IMG/VR virus record: IMGVR_UViG_3300032053_000007
Direction: 5' to 3' (one strand)
Length of the DNA stretch: 64,000 nucleotides
Origin: a virus
Lineage: Duplodnaviria > Heunggongvirae > Uroviricota > Caudoviricetes
In this document: piece after piece, positions 44,920 to 53,149 of the stretch
How the letters are laid out: each line of letters starts with the position of its first letter
Numbering within the stretch: the first letter of the stretch is position 1
The notes under the pieces: generated by a model
Databases searched by the model: none
What the model saw: only the letters and a program-made list of their open reading frames with translations
What the model was told of the DNA's origin: nothing
Made by a program: the position numbers and the translations under genes

Positions 44920-44956
44920 GAACATGGTCTTTCTAAGCAAACATTTAAATAGGACG
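44920..44956 (+). promoter_or_regulatory. conserved promoter module (TTTAAATA)
   Basis: TGAACATGGTCTTTCTAAGCAAACA-TTTAAATA-GGACGCTGGCATCTATACT. Confidence 0.55.
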
Positions 44957-44985
44957 CTGGCATCTATACTCGTAAGGTAATAAAG

Positions 44986-45873
44986 ATGAACTCAGAATTT
45001 GAAAAGATTCATGCAAAGGTCGAATCAGCACTTGAAGGTGCTGGCATCTACGTCAAAGGCATCGAGTTCGTGGACGAACATGGCTACATTGAAAAGTCAA
45101 GAGCGATTCTTGAAATTGTCGGCAACCTTAGATTAGTCGGCGAAACGGGGACGGGCAAAACAACTCTTGTTCACAAGTTGGCTGAATTGTTAGAGGTTCC
45201 GCTTTTTGAAATTGTCTTAACACGGGACGTGACAAAGTGGGATTTGCTGGCATGTGATACTCTGAAAGCTGGAAGCACAGAAACAAGAGATGGAATCATA
45301 ATTCAATGGTTGAACAGCGAGAAAGGTCTGCTTTACATAGACGGGTTCAACTATGCAGAACCATCGATAATTTCACTTCTGGAATCATTGGCAGACTTTA
45401 GGGGAAACGTGTATATTCCAGAATACAAGAAGCAATTCACACGGACAGCACAGCACTATCTCGTTATCAGCTATAACCCCTCAGAAAAATCGGGTTACTC
45501 TGGGACATTCATCGAGAACATTGCAACCATTAGACGATTTGAAGGTCTGATAATCGAATACCTTAGCCCCCAGAAAGAACGCGAATTGGTAAAGAAGTTC
45601 TCTGGAAACTATGACTTTTCTGCGAAGTTCGTAGAAATTGCCAAAAAGACGCGAACCGAATACGAGAACGGAAAACTTAGAACGCCCCTCACGACAGGCA
45701 ACCTAATAAACTACGGCAAACTCTACAAAGCGAAGATGTCCGAAGAGGACATAATCGATATAGCAAGTTCGCTTTACACCGCAAGAGAAGAGCGCAATTT
45801 ATTTAGGTCGTTCTTCGAAGATAGCTCTGAGATAGACGTAGAAAAGTTGAAAAAGAAAGAAGAGGATACCTAA
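44986..45873 (+). CDS. MoxR-family AAA+ ATPase
   Basis: Walker A GETGTGKTTL; Walker B/sensor LLYIDGFNYAEPSIISLLESL; 295 aa. Confidence 0.65.
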   Translation: MNSEFEKIHAKVESALEGAGIYVKGIEFVDEHGYIEKSRAILEIVGNLRLVGETGTGKTTLVHKLAELLEVPLFEIVLTRDVTKWDLLACDTLKAGSTETRDGIIIQWLNSEKGLLYIDGFNYAEPSIISLLESLADFRGNVYIPEYKKQFTRTAQHYLVISYNPSEKSGYSGTFIENIATIRRFEGLIIEYLSPQKERELVKKFSGNYDFSAKFVEIAKKTRTEYENGKLRTPLTTGNLINYGKLYKAKMSEEDIIDIASSLYTAREERNLFRSFFEDSSEIDVEKLKKKEEDT

Positions 45874-46200
45874 ATGAATAGATTCTTTTGCAATAGAAAA
45901 ATTATAGTAGCGAACCCTGCTGGCGAAGAACCCCCAACACCACAACCGACACGAAAAACTTTGCAGAAACCGTTTGACCCCAAAAACCCCCCGAAAGGTA
46001 TCTGTGAAATTTGCCTAGACCCGAAACACAAAACTGCACATTGCGAAGCACACGGACGGATTCACTATATTCACAAAAAATGCCACAAAATTGCAGATGG
46101 AAAACTTCTCGAATTCATACGTCATTTCTACTGTAAAGAATTCGAAGAGTTACCAATTGAACAACGTGCAATTTGGCTATGGCTACACGATAAATGGTAA
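45874..46200 (+). CDS. Cys/His-rich Zn-binding protein (108 aa)
   Basis: TAAATG overlap with the ATPase gene; CEICLDPKHKTAHCEAHG...HKKCH. Confidence 0.5.
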   Translation: MNRFFCNRKIIVANPAGEEPPTPQPTRKTLQKPFDPKNPPKGICEICLDPKHKTAHCEAHGRIHYIHKKCHKIADGKLLEFIRHFYCKEFEELPIEQRAIWLWLHDKW

Positions 46201-46233
46201 ACCCAAAATTCCACTTTTTTGAGGAAAACCAAA

Positions 46234-46386
46234 ATGACTGATTATATTGAAGAGGCGTTAGCGCGAAGAGAAATGCAAGAATTTCTAATCGAGAGAAGAA
46301 AAGACTATCAGAAAAAATACGCTCAAACTCACAAACGAAAATCGAAACCGAAAAAGAAAGTTGAACGGGAAATTTTCCATTGGTGA
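46234..46386 (+). CDS. small basic protein (50 aa)
   Basis: Hand-translated. Confidence 0.3.
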   Translation: MTDYIEEALARREMQEFLIERRKDYQKKYAQTHKRKSKPKKKVEREIFHW

Positions 46387-46390
46387 AAAA

Positions 46391-46606
46391 ATGACATATA
46401 TCGGGCAAGACGAAGAATTAACGATAGAGCGTGGTTGTTTTAATTGCGCTCGATTCAAAAAATGTCATCTTATTGAGGGACAAAGAAGAAATGGAATTAA
46501 TTTTATGGAGATTTTGAAGGACGGTGCGGAAGATTATCGTTATGGTTGTTGTTGCACAACTTATCTAGCAGAATCCGAAGCTAGAGAACAGGTGCAATTT
46601 ACTTGA
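46391..46606 (+). CDS. Cys-rich protein (...EQVQFT); paralog of 23075
   Basis: GCFNC...GCCCTTY. Confidence 0.5.
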   Translation: MTYIGQDEELTIERGCFNCARFKKCHLIEGQRRNGINFMEILKDGAEDYRYGCCCTTYLAESEAREQVQFT

Positions 46607-46890
46607 TTCAAAATTGTCCGTCTTGCGGTTCAATTCGCTTGACTCGAAAATGTCCGTCTTGTGGTTCTATTCTGGAAGAACAAAGTGGAACACTTTTTTT
46701 CACAGATAGTTTTTCACAACACGATAGACAAAAAATAAGGGAAACTCACTTTTTGCATTATTTTTGCGAAGTTTGTCGTAAAAATGATTTGCCTTTTGAC
46801 TTTTTATTTTTCAAAGGAAAACAATTCATTTATGATAAGGGCAGATGGAACCTCTTAGCTCCTGAGAGAGAATGTGTTCAATTCACCTAA
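46603..46890 (+). CDS. Zn-ribbon protein (...CVQFT, TAA)
   Basis: CPSCGS...CPSCGS duplicated knuckle. Confidence 0.5.
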   Translation: MIQNCPSCGSIRLTRKCPSCGSILEEQSGTLFFTDSFSQHDRQKIRETHFLHYFCEVCRKNDLPFDFLFFKGKQFIYDKGRWNLLAPERECVQFT

Positions 46891-46937
46891 TTAATCAACC
46901 ATAAGACTTAAATACTTAATTAACCATCTATTAATTA

Positions 46938-47300
46938 GTGTTTCAAATGAAATGTCAAGACTGTGAAAAAGAAACAAATACAAAATCTCAAAGATGTCCT
47001 GAATGCCAAAAGATATATCACCAAAAATGGCTAGAAGAATTAAAACTCTGGGCGATTCAAAAGTTAGGCGATAAGTGTTTTCATTGCGATAAACATTTTG
47101 ATTCTTGTGTTTATGATTTTCACCATGAAGGAAACGATACATGGCTTCGTTGCAATGAACAACAAAAAAATGCGAATCGAAGAGTAAAAGAATTGGTTCG
47201 TTGGAGAAGGGCAGAGAAAATTCCAGAGGACGTTCGATTAGTCTGCGCGAATTGTCACAGAATTATTAGTCATAAATCGTTTAATCACCTGATTAAGTAA
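46938..47300 (+). CDS. HNH endonuclease
   Basis: CFHC...DFHHEGND...N...LVCANCHRII. Confidence 0.55.
   Translation: MFQMKCQDCEKETNTKSQRCPECQKIYHQKWLEELKLWAIQKLGDKCFHCDKHFDSCVYDFHHEGNDTWLRCNEQQKNANRRVKELVRWRRAEKIPEDVRLVCANCHRIISHKSFNHLIK
47281..47296. promoter_or_regulatory. palindromic site TTAATCACCTGATTAA
   Basis: Overlaps the 3' end of the HNH gene; 7 nt upstream of the promoter module. Confidence 0.5.
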
Positions 47301-47302
47301 AA

Positions 47303-47340
47303 TGAGAATGGAGATTCCTAGCAAACGTTTATATAGGACG
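47303..47340 (+). promoter_or_regulatory. conserved promoter module
   Basis: TGAGAATGGAGATTCCTAGCAAACG-TTTATATA-GGACGCTG. Confidence 0.55.
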
Positions 47341-47352
47341 CTGTATTTATAG

Positions 47353-47368
47353 TTAATCAAGTGATTAA
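47353..47368. promoter_or_regulatory. palindromic site TTAATCAAGTGATTAA between TATA and start codon
   Basis: Second site flanking the same promoter. Confidence 0.5.
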
Positions 47369-47369
47369 A

Positions 47370-48059
47370 ATGGCTGACCAAAAAACGACAAACAAACTCA
47401 TCATAGACGAAAAGGCTCTTGAATCGTTAGGACTACACGGCGAAACGATTTATACAATAGAGTATGACCTTTACAGCGAGAAATATCTGACGGACGCGGA
47501 AAAGAAAAAGTTGACAAAAGAACAACGGGACGCAAACACGCGATTCAACAAACTTGCGCGAATTTTCAGAAACGCAATTGTGTTCGCTCTGAAATTCAAG
47601 CTGGACGCTGTGAAACATCTCGAAAGCAGTTGGCTTCTGGACGGCGATAAGCTGGACTTAGCTGTTGCAGAAATTGAAGAGATAAAGGCAAAGGCAAAGA
47701 GCAAAGGATTTGAGGACATCGACAGACGCATAAAAATCATTCCGATTTTCACGACCCCAGAAGGATTCGAAAACTACAAAGACAAGAAAGCAGAGTTCAT
47801 TCTTAACTTCATAATGGAACACGTCAAGATGGCAGAGGACGGGTTAAAAGACAAACGCATGGCTCAGAGCACACTTTGGAGATGTCGAAAAGCAGTTGAG
47901 ATTTGCAATTCACACATCGAAAGCATGAAGGGACACGAGCGATATAACGAAATGTTAGACACCGTGAATATGCTGGACGAATTGAACGGGCAATGCGAAA
48001 GTTTTCTCTGTGACCAAAAGGCAGAAAAGGCAAAGAAGAACAAGAAAGAAGAGGACTGA
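47370..48059 (+). CDS. hypothetical coiled-coil protein (about 229 aa)
   Basis: Track ORF 47361-48059; ATG at 47370. Confidence 0.5.
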   Translation: MADQKTTNKLIIDEKALESLGLHGETIYTIEYDLYSEKYLTDAEKKKLTKEQRDANTRFNKLARIFRNAIVFALKFKLDAVKHLESSWLLDGDKLDLAVAEIEEIKAKAKSKGFEDIDRRIKIIPIFTTPEGFENYKDKKAEFILNFIMEHVKMAEDGLKDKRMAQSTLWRCRKAVEICNSHIESMKGHERYNEMLDTVNMLDELNGQCESFLCDQKAEKAKKNKKEED

Positions 48060-48091
48060 AAACTTAGACAAAAATTCGAGCGTGAAAGAAA

Positions 48092-48370
48092 ATGTTTCAA
48101 TTCAATATAATTTCAACCAAAGAAATAGAAGAGGACGCTAAACTGTTCTCAAACCTTAAAGTACCATGTTCTCTGTTGCTCATTAGAAAAGACGGTTTCG
48201 ACATAGAAGAACAGGAAGATATTGACCTTATATGCAACCTTCTTTCTCAATTTGAATATGAGGTTAGTACCGAGTCCACTTTTTATGTTTCGACAAAAGA
48301 CATAGGCAAAATTAAAGAAGTCTTAGTTGCCTACGGAATTGCATTAAATCCACACATTAAGGAAGATTAA
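48092..48370 (+). CDS. hypothetical acidic protein (92 aa)
   Basis: Track ORF. Confidence 0.45.
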   Translation: MFQFNIISTKEIEEDAKLFSNLKVPCSLLLIRKDGFDIEEQEDIDLICNLLSQFEYEVSTESTFYVSTKDIGKIKEVLVAYGIALNPHIKED

Positions 48371-48373
48371 AAA

Positions 48374-48490
48374 ATGAGTAAAGAACTAACGGGCTACGAA
48401 ATATTTCGTAAAATCTTTAGTGAAACTGAGGGTGGCAAAAAGTTTTCAGAACACCCGTTAGCGAAAAAAATCTTTAAGGAACGGACGTGA
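48374..48490 (+). CDS. 38-aa mini-protein
   Basis: Hand-translated; GTGA overlap. Confidence 0.25.
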   Translation: MSKELTGYEIFRKIFSETEGGKKFSEHPLAKKIFKERT

Positions 48491-48648
48491 AAACTTTGAC
48501 AAAACAACCTTCGTGGACGGATAACCGAATTTTGACACGCAACGAAGTTAGACGGGGATTAGTAGAAAATTGGCTGAACGGTTGTGAATTTTCCGAAGCG
48601 TTTCTTAATTCAGACCTTTACAAACTAGAGAACAAGAGCGTGAAATAA
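48487..48648 (+). CDS. 53-aa mini-protein (GTG start)
   Basis: Hand-translated; TAATG overlap. Confidence 0.25.
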   Translation: MKTLTKQPSWTDNRILTRNEVRRGLVENWLNGCEFSEAFLNSDLYKLENKSVK

Positions 48649-48803
48649 TGTCTAAAAAGAAATTCTTAGTTACATACGAAGGGGACGACCCCCCGACATT
48701 GCTCGACATGAAAGACTGTCTGTTATCAAACGGAATGGACGAAGGGGGCATTCTCACAGTCGTAGAGGTCAAACGGACGAAGGAAAAGGTTGCATTTACA
48801 TGA
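48648..48803 (+). CDS. 51-aa mini-protein (...EKVAFT)
   Basis: Junction motif. Confidence 0.4.
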   Translation: MSKKKFLVTYEGDDPPTLLDMKDCLLSNGMDEGGILTVVEVKRTKEKVAFT

Positions 48804-49021
48804 ATCAAATAATAAAAGCTGGCGATTTTGTACGGTTGCTTAAATCAAATAATCCTTACGTTCCCGTAGGCACGATACTAGAAGTTGAATCAATTACAAA
48901 AAAAACCCCACTTGTTTTTACCGTGTGTGTGGTAAAACGAAAATGGTCAAAGTATTTCGTTCACGGTGACATAATTCGAAAGGTGAAATTCATGGTTCCT
49001 GAGAGGGTTGAATTTACATGA
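48800..49021 (+). CDS. small protein (...RVEFT)
   Basis: Junction motif. Confidence 0.5.
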   Translation: MNQIIKAGDFVRLLKSNNPYVPVGTILEVESITKKTPLVFTVCVVKRKWSKYFVHGDIIRKVKFMVPERVEFT

Positions 49022-49266
49022 CTGATTTGAAGAACGTAGCTCGAAAACTTGGGCATATTGGATTTGGAGTTCGAATTGAGGGGGACAAACTAATCGTTTA
49101 TGAGGGATGGATGAAAGATTGTCTGCTCATTCTGGGCGTTAAATCCTATAAGGACGGGCTGGCGAAGAGGGCGAAGCAATTAGAGGCTGAATATGGGCTT
49201 AAACTCGAAAGTTGTAAGATACGGAACAGTATTTCGAGAATGGTCTTTCTGGAACAACCTTTATAA
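49018..49266 (+). CDS. small protein (82 aa)
   Basis: 3' end carries TATA-like CCTTTATAAG for a downstream promoter. Confidence 0.45.
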   Translation: MTDLKNVARKLGHIGFGVRIEGDKLIVYEGWMKDCLLILGVKSYKDGLAKRAKQLEAEYGLKLESCKIRNSISRMVFLEQPL

Positions 49267-49284
49267 GTCACGGTGTTGTTCTAG

Positions 49285-49300
49285 TTAATCAGGTGATTAA
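49285..49300. promoter_or_regulatory. palindromic site TTAATCAGGTGATTAA just after the TATA
   Basis: Perfect inverted repeat. Confidence 0.5.
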
Positions 49301-49464
49301 TACGGGAAAACTTCATAGGATAAAGCGCAAACTCGCAAAACGCAAAGTCACGGGGGTCTGCCGTTGAACGTCCGAAAACTTAGACGTTTCTATTCAAGTC
49401 TGCCGACAGGCTCACATCACGGTCAACCGTTCGCACATGGCAAGTTTAGAGAGGGGTTGAAAGC

Positions 49465-49662
49465 GTGACGGATTTAAACTTAAAGGCTCTTCTGAAAAAT
49501 CACGATGTCCCTATTTGCATTGATGAGGCAGAATGTCCTCATAAGGTTCACAGAAAGAACCCCTATAAACCTCTATGCTTATTGCCTTTTCTTAACTATA
49601 AACATAAAGAATGCAAAGCGCAAAGATACCCAGACGCAAAGGAAAAGGTGAACTTTACATGA
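49465..49662 (+). CDS. Cys/His small protein (...EKVNFT)
   Basis: GTG start; CIDEAECPHKVH. Confidence 0.45.
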   Translation: MTDLNLKALLKNHDVPICIDEAECPHKVHRKNPYKPLCLLPFLNYKHKECKAQRYPDAKEKVNFT

Positions 49663-49952
49663 CGGGTAAATGGGTCTGGGATGGAACTAATTCGTGGAGA
49701 ATAGGAACCGAATTTCTTAGTTTAGACGTTTATGAAGATTGTGAAACTCATACTCCCAATGAATGTGAGTGCACAGAGATTTGGCTCAGAGATGATAAAA
49801 CAGGAAAATACGATACTGAGGGAATCTTTAACACTTATGAAGAGGCAAAAAGTCATGCTGAACAATTTATGAGAGAAAATCCGAATGGATGGCTTTTAAA
49901 GGACAGTTTAAAAACAGAATACGACAAAAGGGAAAAGGTGACGTTTACATGA
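49659..49952 (+). CDS. small acidic protein (...EKVTFT)
   Basis: ATG in ATGA overlap (track ORF 49611-49952). Confidence 0.5.
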   Translation: MTGKWVWDGTNSWRIGTEFLSLDVYEDCETHTPNECECTEIWLRDDKTGKYDTEGIFNTYEEAKSHAEQFMRENPNGWLLKDSLKTEYDKREKVTFT

Positions 49953-50068
49953 CTGACTGTGCTATAATAGTGTTCGACAAAGATACAGGAAAACTTAGAT
50001 GTTTCATTCATACGGCAGAGTTTAATCGCTGGCTAGACAGAAGAAAAGAACGGGTGATTTTCTCGTGA
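49949..50068 (+). CDS. 39-aa mini-protein
   Basis: ATGA and GTGA overlaps. Confidence 0.35.
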   Translation: MTDCAIIVFDKDTGKLRCFIHTAEFNRWLDRRKERVIFS

Positions 50069-50259
50069 CGTTTCAAGTTGGCGATAAGGCAAAGCTAAAA
50101 TACGCTGGCTTTAGGCATTGCCCCAAAGGTTCATTTGTTAAAATTACAAGAATTATGTCAAACAGAACCATTGATATAAGATATAAAACCGAAAGGTATG
50201 TTGTATCTGATACAGATTTAATCGAATTACAACAAAAGGAGAAGGTATGTTTCACATGA
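50065..50259 (+). CDS. small protein (...EKVCFT)
   Basis: GTG start. Confidence 0.45.
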   Translation: MTFQVGDKAKLKYAGFRHCPKGSFVKITRIMSNRTIDIRYKTERYVVSDTDLIELQQKEKVCFT

Positions 50260-50462
50260 CAACAATAGACGATAACGGTTATATCGAGTACGATTATGAG
50301 GATTTGTGTACGGAATGCAAGATGCACGATAAATGTCACGAAAACAGTATTGATTATGATGAAATTGATAAATGTTGTCAAGAACTTAATTCTCAAATGA
50401 AAGCGCGAGGAACCAAACTATATAAAACCCCAGAGCCAAAAGAGAAGGTGTTATTCACATGA
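50256..50462 (+). CDS. Cys-containing acidic protein (...EKVLFT)
   Basis: ATG in ATGA overlap. Confidence 0.5.
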   Translation: MTTIDDNGYIEYDYEDLCTECKMHDKCHENSIDYDEIDKCCQELNSQMKARGTKLYKTPEPKEKVLFT

Positions 50463-50605
50463 CGGGCGTTCTCGTTATACCGTGTTCAAAATGTGGCAGA
50501 CCTCTCAATATTCCCGTTAAAAACTATGCGGATGCAAAGAAGATAGGTTCAAGAATGTGTAAGCAATGCAACAACAAAGGAAGAGAAAAGGTCTGTTTCA
50601 CATGA
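50459..50605 (+). CDS. 48-aa Zn-ribbon mini-protein (...EKVCFT)
   Basis: CSKCGR...CKQC. Confidence 0.4.
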   Translation: MTGVLVIPCSKCGRPLNIPVKNYADAKKIGSRMCKQCNNKGREKVCFT

Positions 50606-50820
50606 TTTGTTCTAAATGTGGAAACGAGTTCAAACAACGAATTAACGAGAAATTATGCTTTAATTGTATGATGTACGAGCTAGACAGGCTCAGAGAGCAA
50701 GGCGAACGCATAGACAAGTTACTTTCCGATAACCCAGAGATAATGGAACTCTTAGACAAAATGAAGGCGCGAGAGATTATTAACCGTCTAAAGGGACGGG
50801 AAACGGTGACGTTCACATGA
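50602..50820 (+). CDS. Zn-ribbon protein (...TVTFT)
   Basis: CSKCGNE...CFNC (track ORF 50566-50820). Confidence 0.5.
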   Translation: MICSKCGNEFKQRINEKLCFNCMMYELDRLREQGERIDKLLSDNPEIMELLDKMKAREIINRLKGRETVTFT

Positions 50821-50996
50821 TTTGTAAAGTTTGTGGAAAGAGATTCACTTGCAATAATATATGTGATAGTTTGCATAAATTGAGCGCGAACGTGTGTTAT
50901 TGCAAACCATGTTCAATAGAAAGAGGATTCAAAGGCAATACCCTAAATGTTTGTTATAAAAAGGCTAACGAAAAAGAACAGGTCGAGTTCACATGA
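50817..50996 (+). CDS. Zn-ribbon protein, CxxCxxxFxC family (59 aa, ...QVEFT)
   Basis: CKVCGKRFTCNNIC...CYCKPC. Confidence 0.45.
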   Translation: MICKVCGKRFTCNNICDSLHKLSANVCYCKPCSIERGFKGNTLNVCYKKANEKEQVEFT

Positions 50997-51232
50997 TAAA
51001 TTCAAACCGTAAAAAGTGTTGTATTTGCGGTAAAAAAGGTTATGCAAATTATCACGATATACAGACTGAGGAAAAACTTTATCTTTGCGACTCACATGGT
51101 ATTTTGTGGGAAAAATCACAAGAACGACATGACTTCTTTCACGATAGAAGAGATAATACTTGGGAGTCTTTTTTCAAAAAGTGGCTATTAAAACGCAAAG
51201 TAACAACAAAAGAGAAGGTCAATTTCACTTGA
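50993..51232 (+). CDS. Zn-binding protein (...EKVNFT)
   Basis: CCICGKKG...CDSHG. Confidence 0.5.
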   Translation: MINSNRKKCCICGKKGYANYHDIQTEEKLYLCDSHGILWEKSQERHDFFHDRRDNTWESFFKKWLLKRKVTTKEKVNFT

Positions 51233-51456
51233 AAGAGAAAGGTTGCTTTAACTGTTCGAACAAGAGGAATCTCGACAAGATTTATTATAAATGCACAGAG
51301 ATGCGCTCACAACCTAACTTAACTGAACCGAACGGGAAAGCTACAGGATTTTTAAGGGACGTGAAAACTCCGTTAGGTAGTCCTAGACATTCTTATCGTT
51401 TAGGTTGTTCATGTGAGTATTGGAAGAGTGAACGGGAAACGGTTGAATTTACATGA
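51229..51456 (+). CDS. Cys-containing protein (...TVEFT)
   Basis: TTG start (track ORF 51160-51456); GCFNCSN...GCSCEY. Confidence 0.45.
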   Translation: MKEKGCFNCSNKRNLDKIYYKCTEMRSQPNLTEPNGKATGFLRDVKTPLGSPRHSYRLGCSCEYWKSERETVEFT

Positions 51457-51695
51457 CAAAATTTAAAGGACGTTGTAGAAAATGCAAAAGAATAGTTAGC
51501 GGTCAATTTCCAATTAAACTATTATTGGCTGTTCTCTGCGAAAGTTGTAACGAAGAATGGAAGAGATATTTTTCAAAAAGGTTTGACAAAGAACATGGGA
51601 CGCTTTTAGGTTTTCATACGCCCATTGAAGAATGGGAAAAGGAAAAGTGGTTTAAGGATTTTCTCAACAGCAAAGAGAAGGTAGAGTTTACATGA
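51453..51695 (+). CDS. Zn-ribbon protein, CxxC...LCxxC..W..F family (...EKVEFT)
   Basis: CRKCKR...CESCNEEWKRYF. Confidence 0.55.
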   Translation: MTKFKGRCRKCKRIVSGQFPIKLLLAVLCESCNEEWKRYFSKRFDKEHGTLLGFHTPIEEWEKEKWFKDFLNSKEKVEFT

Positions 51696-51907
51696 TTCAA
51701 CTAACAAAAACCGATTATAATATTTGTATTTCATCAATAAGCTATTATAGTTGCACTAATTGTTGGAAAAACAGCCTAAAAGTTTATCGTTTGAAAGGAA
51801 AAGTACAAGAAAGAGGAAAAATTGGCATAACTTTAACGTGGCTCTGCCCTGACTGTTTCGAAAAAATCATCAAAAAGAAAGACATAGAACAGGTTCAATT
51901 TACATAA
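51692..51907 (+). CDS. Zn-ribbon protein (...EQVQFT, TAA)
   Basis: CTNCW...CPDC; last gene of array 3. Confidence 0.5.
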   Translation: MIQLTKTDYNICISSISYYSCTNCWKNSLKVYRLKGKVQERGKIGITLTWLCPDCFEKIIKKKDIEQVQFT

Positions 51908-51948
51908 ACCATAACCTTTATAAGCAACTTCTACTATTTTATCTTTAG

Positions 51949-52275
51949 ATGATTCAGATGCGATTAAAGTCTATTGGAAATTTTGACGTTGAAATAAAAG
52001 AGAAAACTGAATCACAAAAAAAGAGACAACGAGAACAAATAAAAATGTGGGGAAAAAAACACCCAGAGCGAACTAAAATGAAGAATGCAAAACGGCGAGA
52101 ATTAGGGTTTGACCCTTTTAATGGGAGATTTATTGGCTCTGTTGCTCATCATATAGATTTTGAATGTGTTATCTATATTCCCAGAGAACTTCATATTTCT
52201 ATTCATCATTGCGTTTGGACAGGTCAGGGTATGGCAGAAATAAATGATAAAGTTTTCGAATGGCTTACCACATAA
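51949..52275 (+). CDS. possible HNH-like nuclease (low confidence)
   Basis: AHHIDFEC...N...HISIHHC. Confidence 0.3.
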   Translation: MIQMRLKSIGNFDVEIKEKTESQKKRQREQIKMWGKKHPERTKMKNAKRRELGFDPFNGRFIGSVAHHIDFECVIYIPRELHISIHHCVWTGQGMAEINDKVFEWLTT

Positions 52276-52305
52276 ACGTGGCGACAAGTGGTTTTTAGCG
52301 AATTT

Positions 52306-52321
52306 TTAATCAGTTGATTAA
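52306..52321. promoter_or_regulatory. palindromic site TTAATCAGTTGATTAA
   Basis: Immediately upstream of the promoter module. Confidence 0.55.
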
Positions 52322-52322
52322 C

Positions 52323-52360
52323 TCGAACATGGACGTTCTAGGCGAAACTTTATATAGCGC
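52323..52360 (+). promoter_or_regulatory. conserved promoter module
   Basis: GAACATGGACGTTCTAGGCGAAAC-TTTATATA-GCGCGCTGTACT. Confidence 0.55.
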
Positions 52361-52369
52361 GCTGTACTG

Positions 52370-52385
52370 ATTAATCAGTTGATTA
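52370..52385. promoter_or_regulatory. palindromic site TTAATCAGTTGATTAA between TATA and start codon
   Basis: Same dual-operator layout as at 47.3 kb. Confidence 0.55.
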
Positions 52386-52398
52386 ATTGGTGAACGCG

Positions 52399-52782
52399 AT
52401 GAACACGGAGAAAATTTACTTCGATAACGCTGAACTCGATGGAACAGCTTTGGCTTCTGGGACTATTTCAAGATATGATACTAAAATTACCAAAGTTATC
52501 TATTCCATTGACGGTATAATCGCTGATGATATTGGTGCTGAGTTGTTCGTTCACGAATTCAATGAAGTTGCAATTTATGAAGTATTGAATCGAATTCTTC
52601 CATACGAAAGTTTATCAGCTATTTCTCACAACTTGAACGCTGAAAGCGATAACGAGTATGTAGAAGAGAGAAACCTTTTACATGGTTATGTAAAGAGCGA
52701 TAGACTTCCAGCTATTGACAAAGTTTTCACACAACAAGAAACAGACGAGTTTAGGGCAAGAGCAAACAAACCTAGACGATAA
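52399..52782 (+). CDS. hypothetical protein (about 127 aa)
   Basis: Track ORF 52387-52782. Confidence 0.45.
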   Translation: MNTEKIYFDNAELDGTALASGTISRYDTKITKVIYSIDGIIADDIGAELFVHEFNEVAIYEVLNRILPYESLSAISHNLNAESDNEYVEERNLLHGYVKSDRLPAIDKVFTQQETDEFRARANKPRR

Positions 52783-52784
52783 AC

Positions 52785-52820
52785 GAGCATGGACTTTTTC
52801 CCGAAACATTTATATACTTG
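52785..52820 (+). promoter_or_regulatory. conserved promoter module with no ORF downstream
   Basis: CGAGCATGGACTTTTTCCCGAAACA-TTTATATA. Confidence 0.5.
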
Positions 52821-52839
52821 ATTGACATCTGTAATAACA

Positions 52840-53090
52840 TGACGCACTCGCGTCTAACTAAAGGGCGCGTAAGACCGAAGGACGCACAACGTCCAAAAAC
52901 TTACCGACCCTTCAAAGTCGCTAGGGTTACGTTCGAAATAAGCGACAAGAACGGAACCGCACAAGACCGAAGGTTTGTCTCGCGGTAAAACGGGGCATTC
53001 CACCAACTTGTGCTTCAACTGACAAAAAAACCACAAACCACGTCCGAAAACGGGGCATGGCACACTCTCCATGCCCCCTCTCTCCTTTTT
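52840..53090 (+). ncRNA. candidate ncRNA A (GC-rich, ORF-poor, promoter-to-terminator unit)
   Basis: Internal repeats AAGACCGAAGG ×2 and AAAACGGGGCAT ×2; ends in a 9-bp hairpin plus T-tract. Confidence 0.35.
53052..53090 (+). terminator. intrinsic-terminator-like hairpin GGGGCATGG-N8-CCATGCCCC followed by a T-rich tract
   Basis: Perfect 9-bp stem, then CTCTCTCCTTTTT. Confidence 0.5.
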
Positions 53091-53128
53091 AAGTATGGTC
53101 TTTCTATGACAAGGTTTATATAGGACGC
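53091..53128 (+). promoter_or_regulatory. conserved promoter module (second ncRNA unit)
   Basis: AGTATGGTCTTTCTATGACAAGG-TTTATATA-GGACGCAGACATATTACT. Confidence 0.5.
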
Positions 53129-53149
53129 AGACATATTACTTTTGGGTTC

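Larger units (their letters stand above)
48648..51907 (+). repeat. array 3: about 18 coupled tiny genes bounded by the junction motif, with one internal promoter near 49260-49300
   Basis: Same 21-nt junction repeat. Confidence 0.8.

Noticed and set aside
46861-46940. TTAATTAA-rich segment after 46603-46890 as another palindromic operator cluster
   Set aside because: Only half-sites are present (TTAATCAACC, TTAATTAACC). It lacks the full 7-2-7 palindrome and is probably just an AT-rich terminator/spacer.
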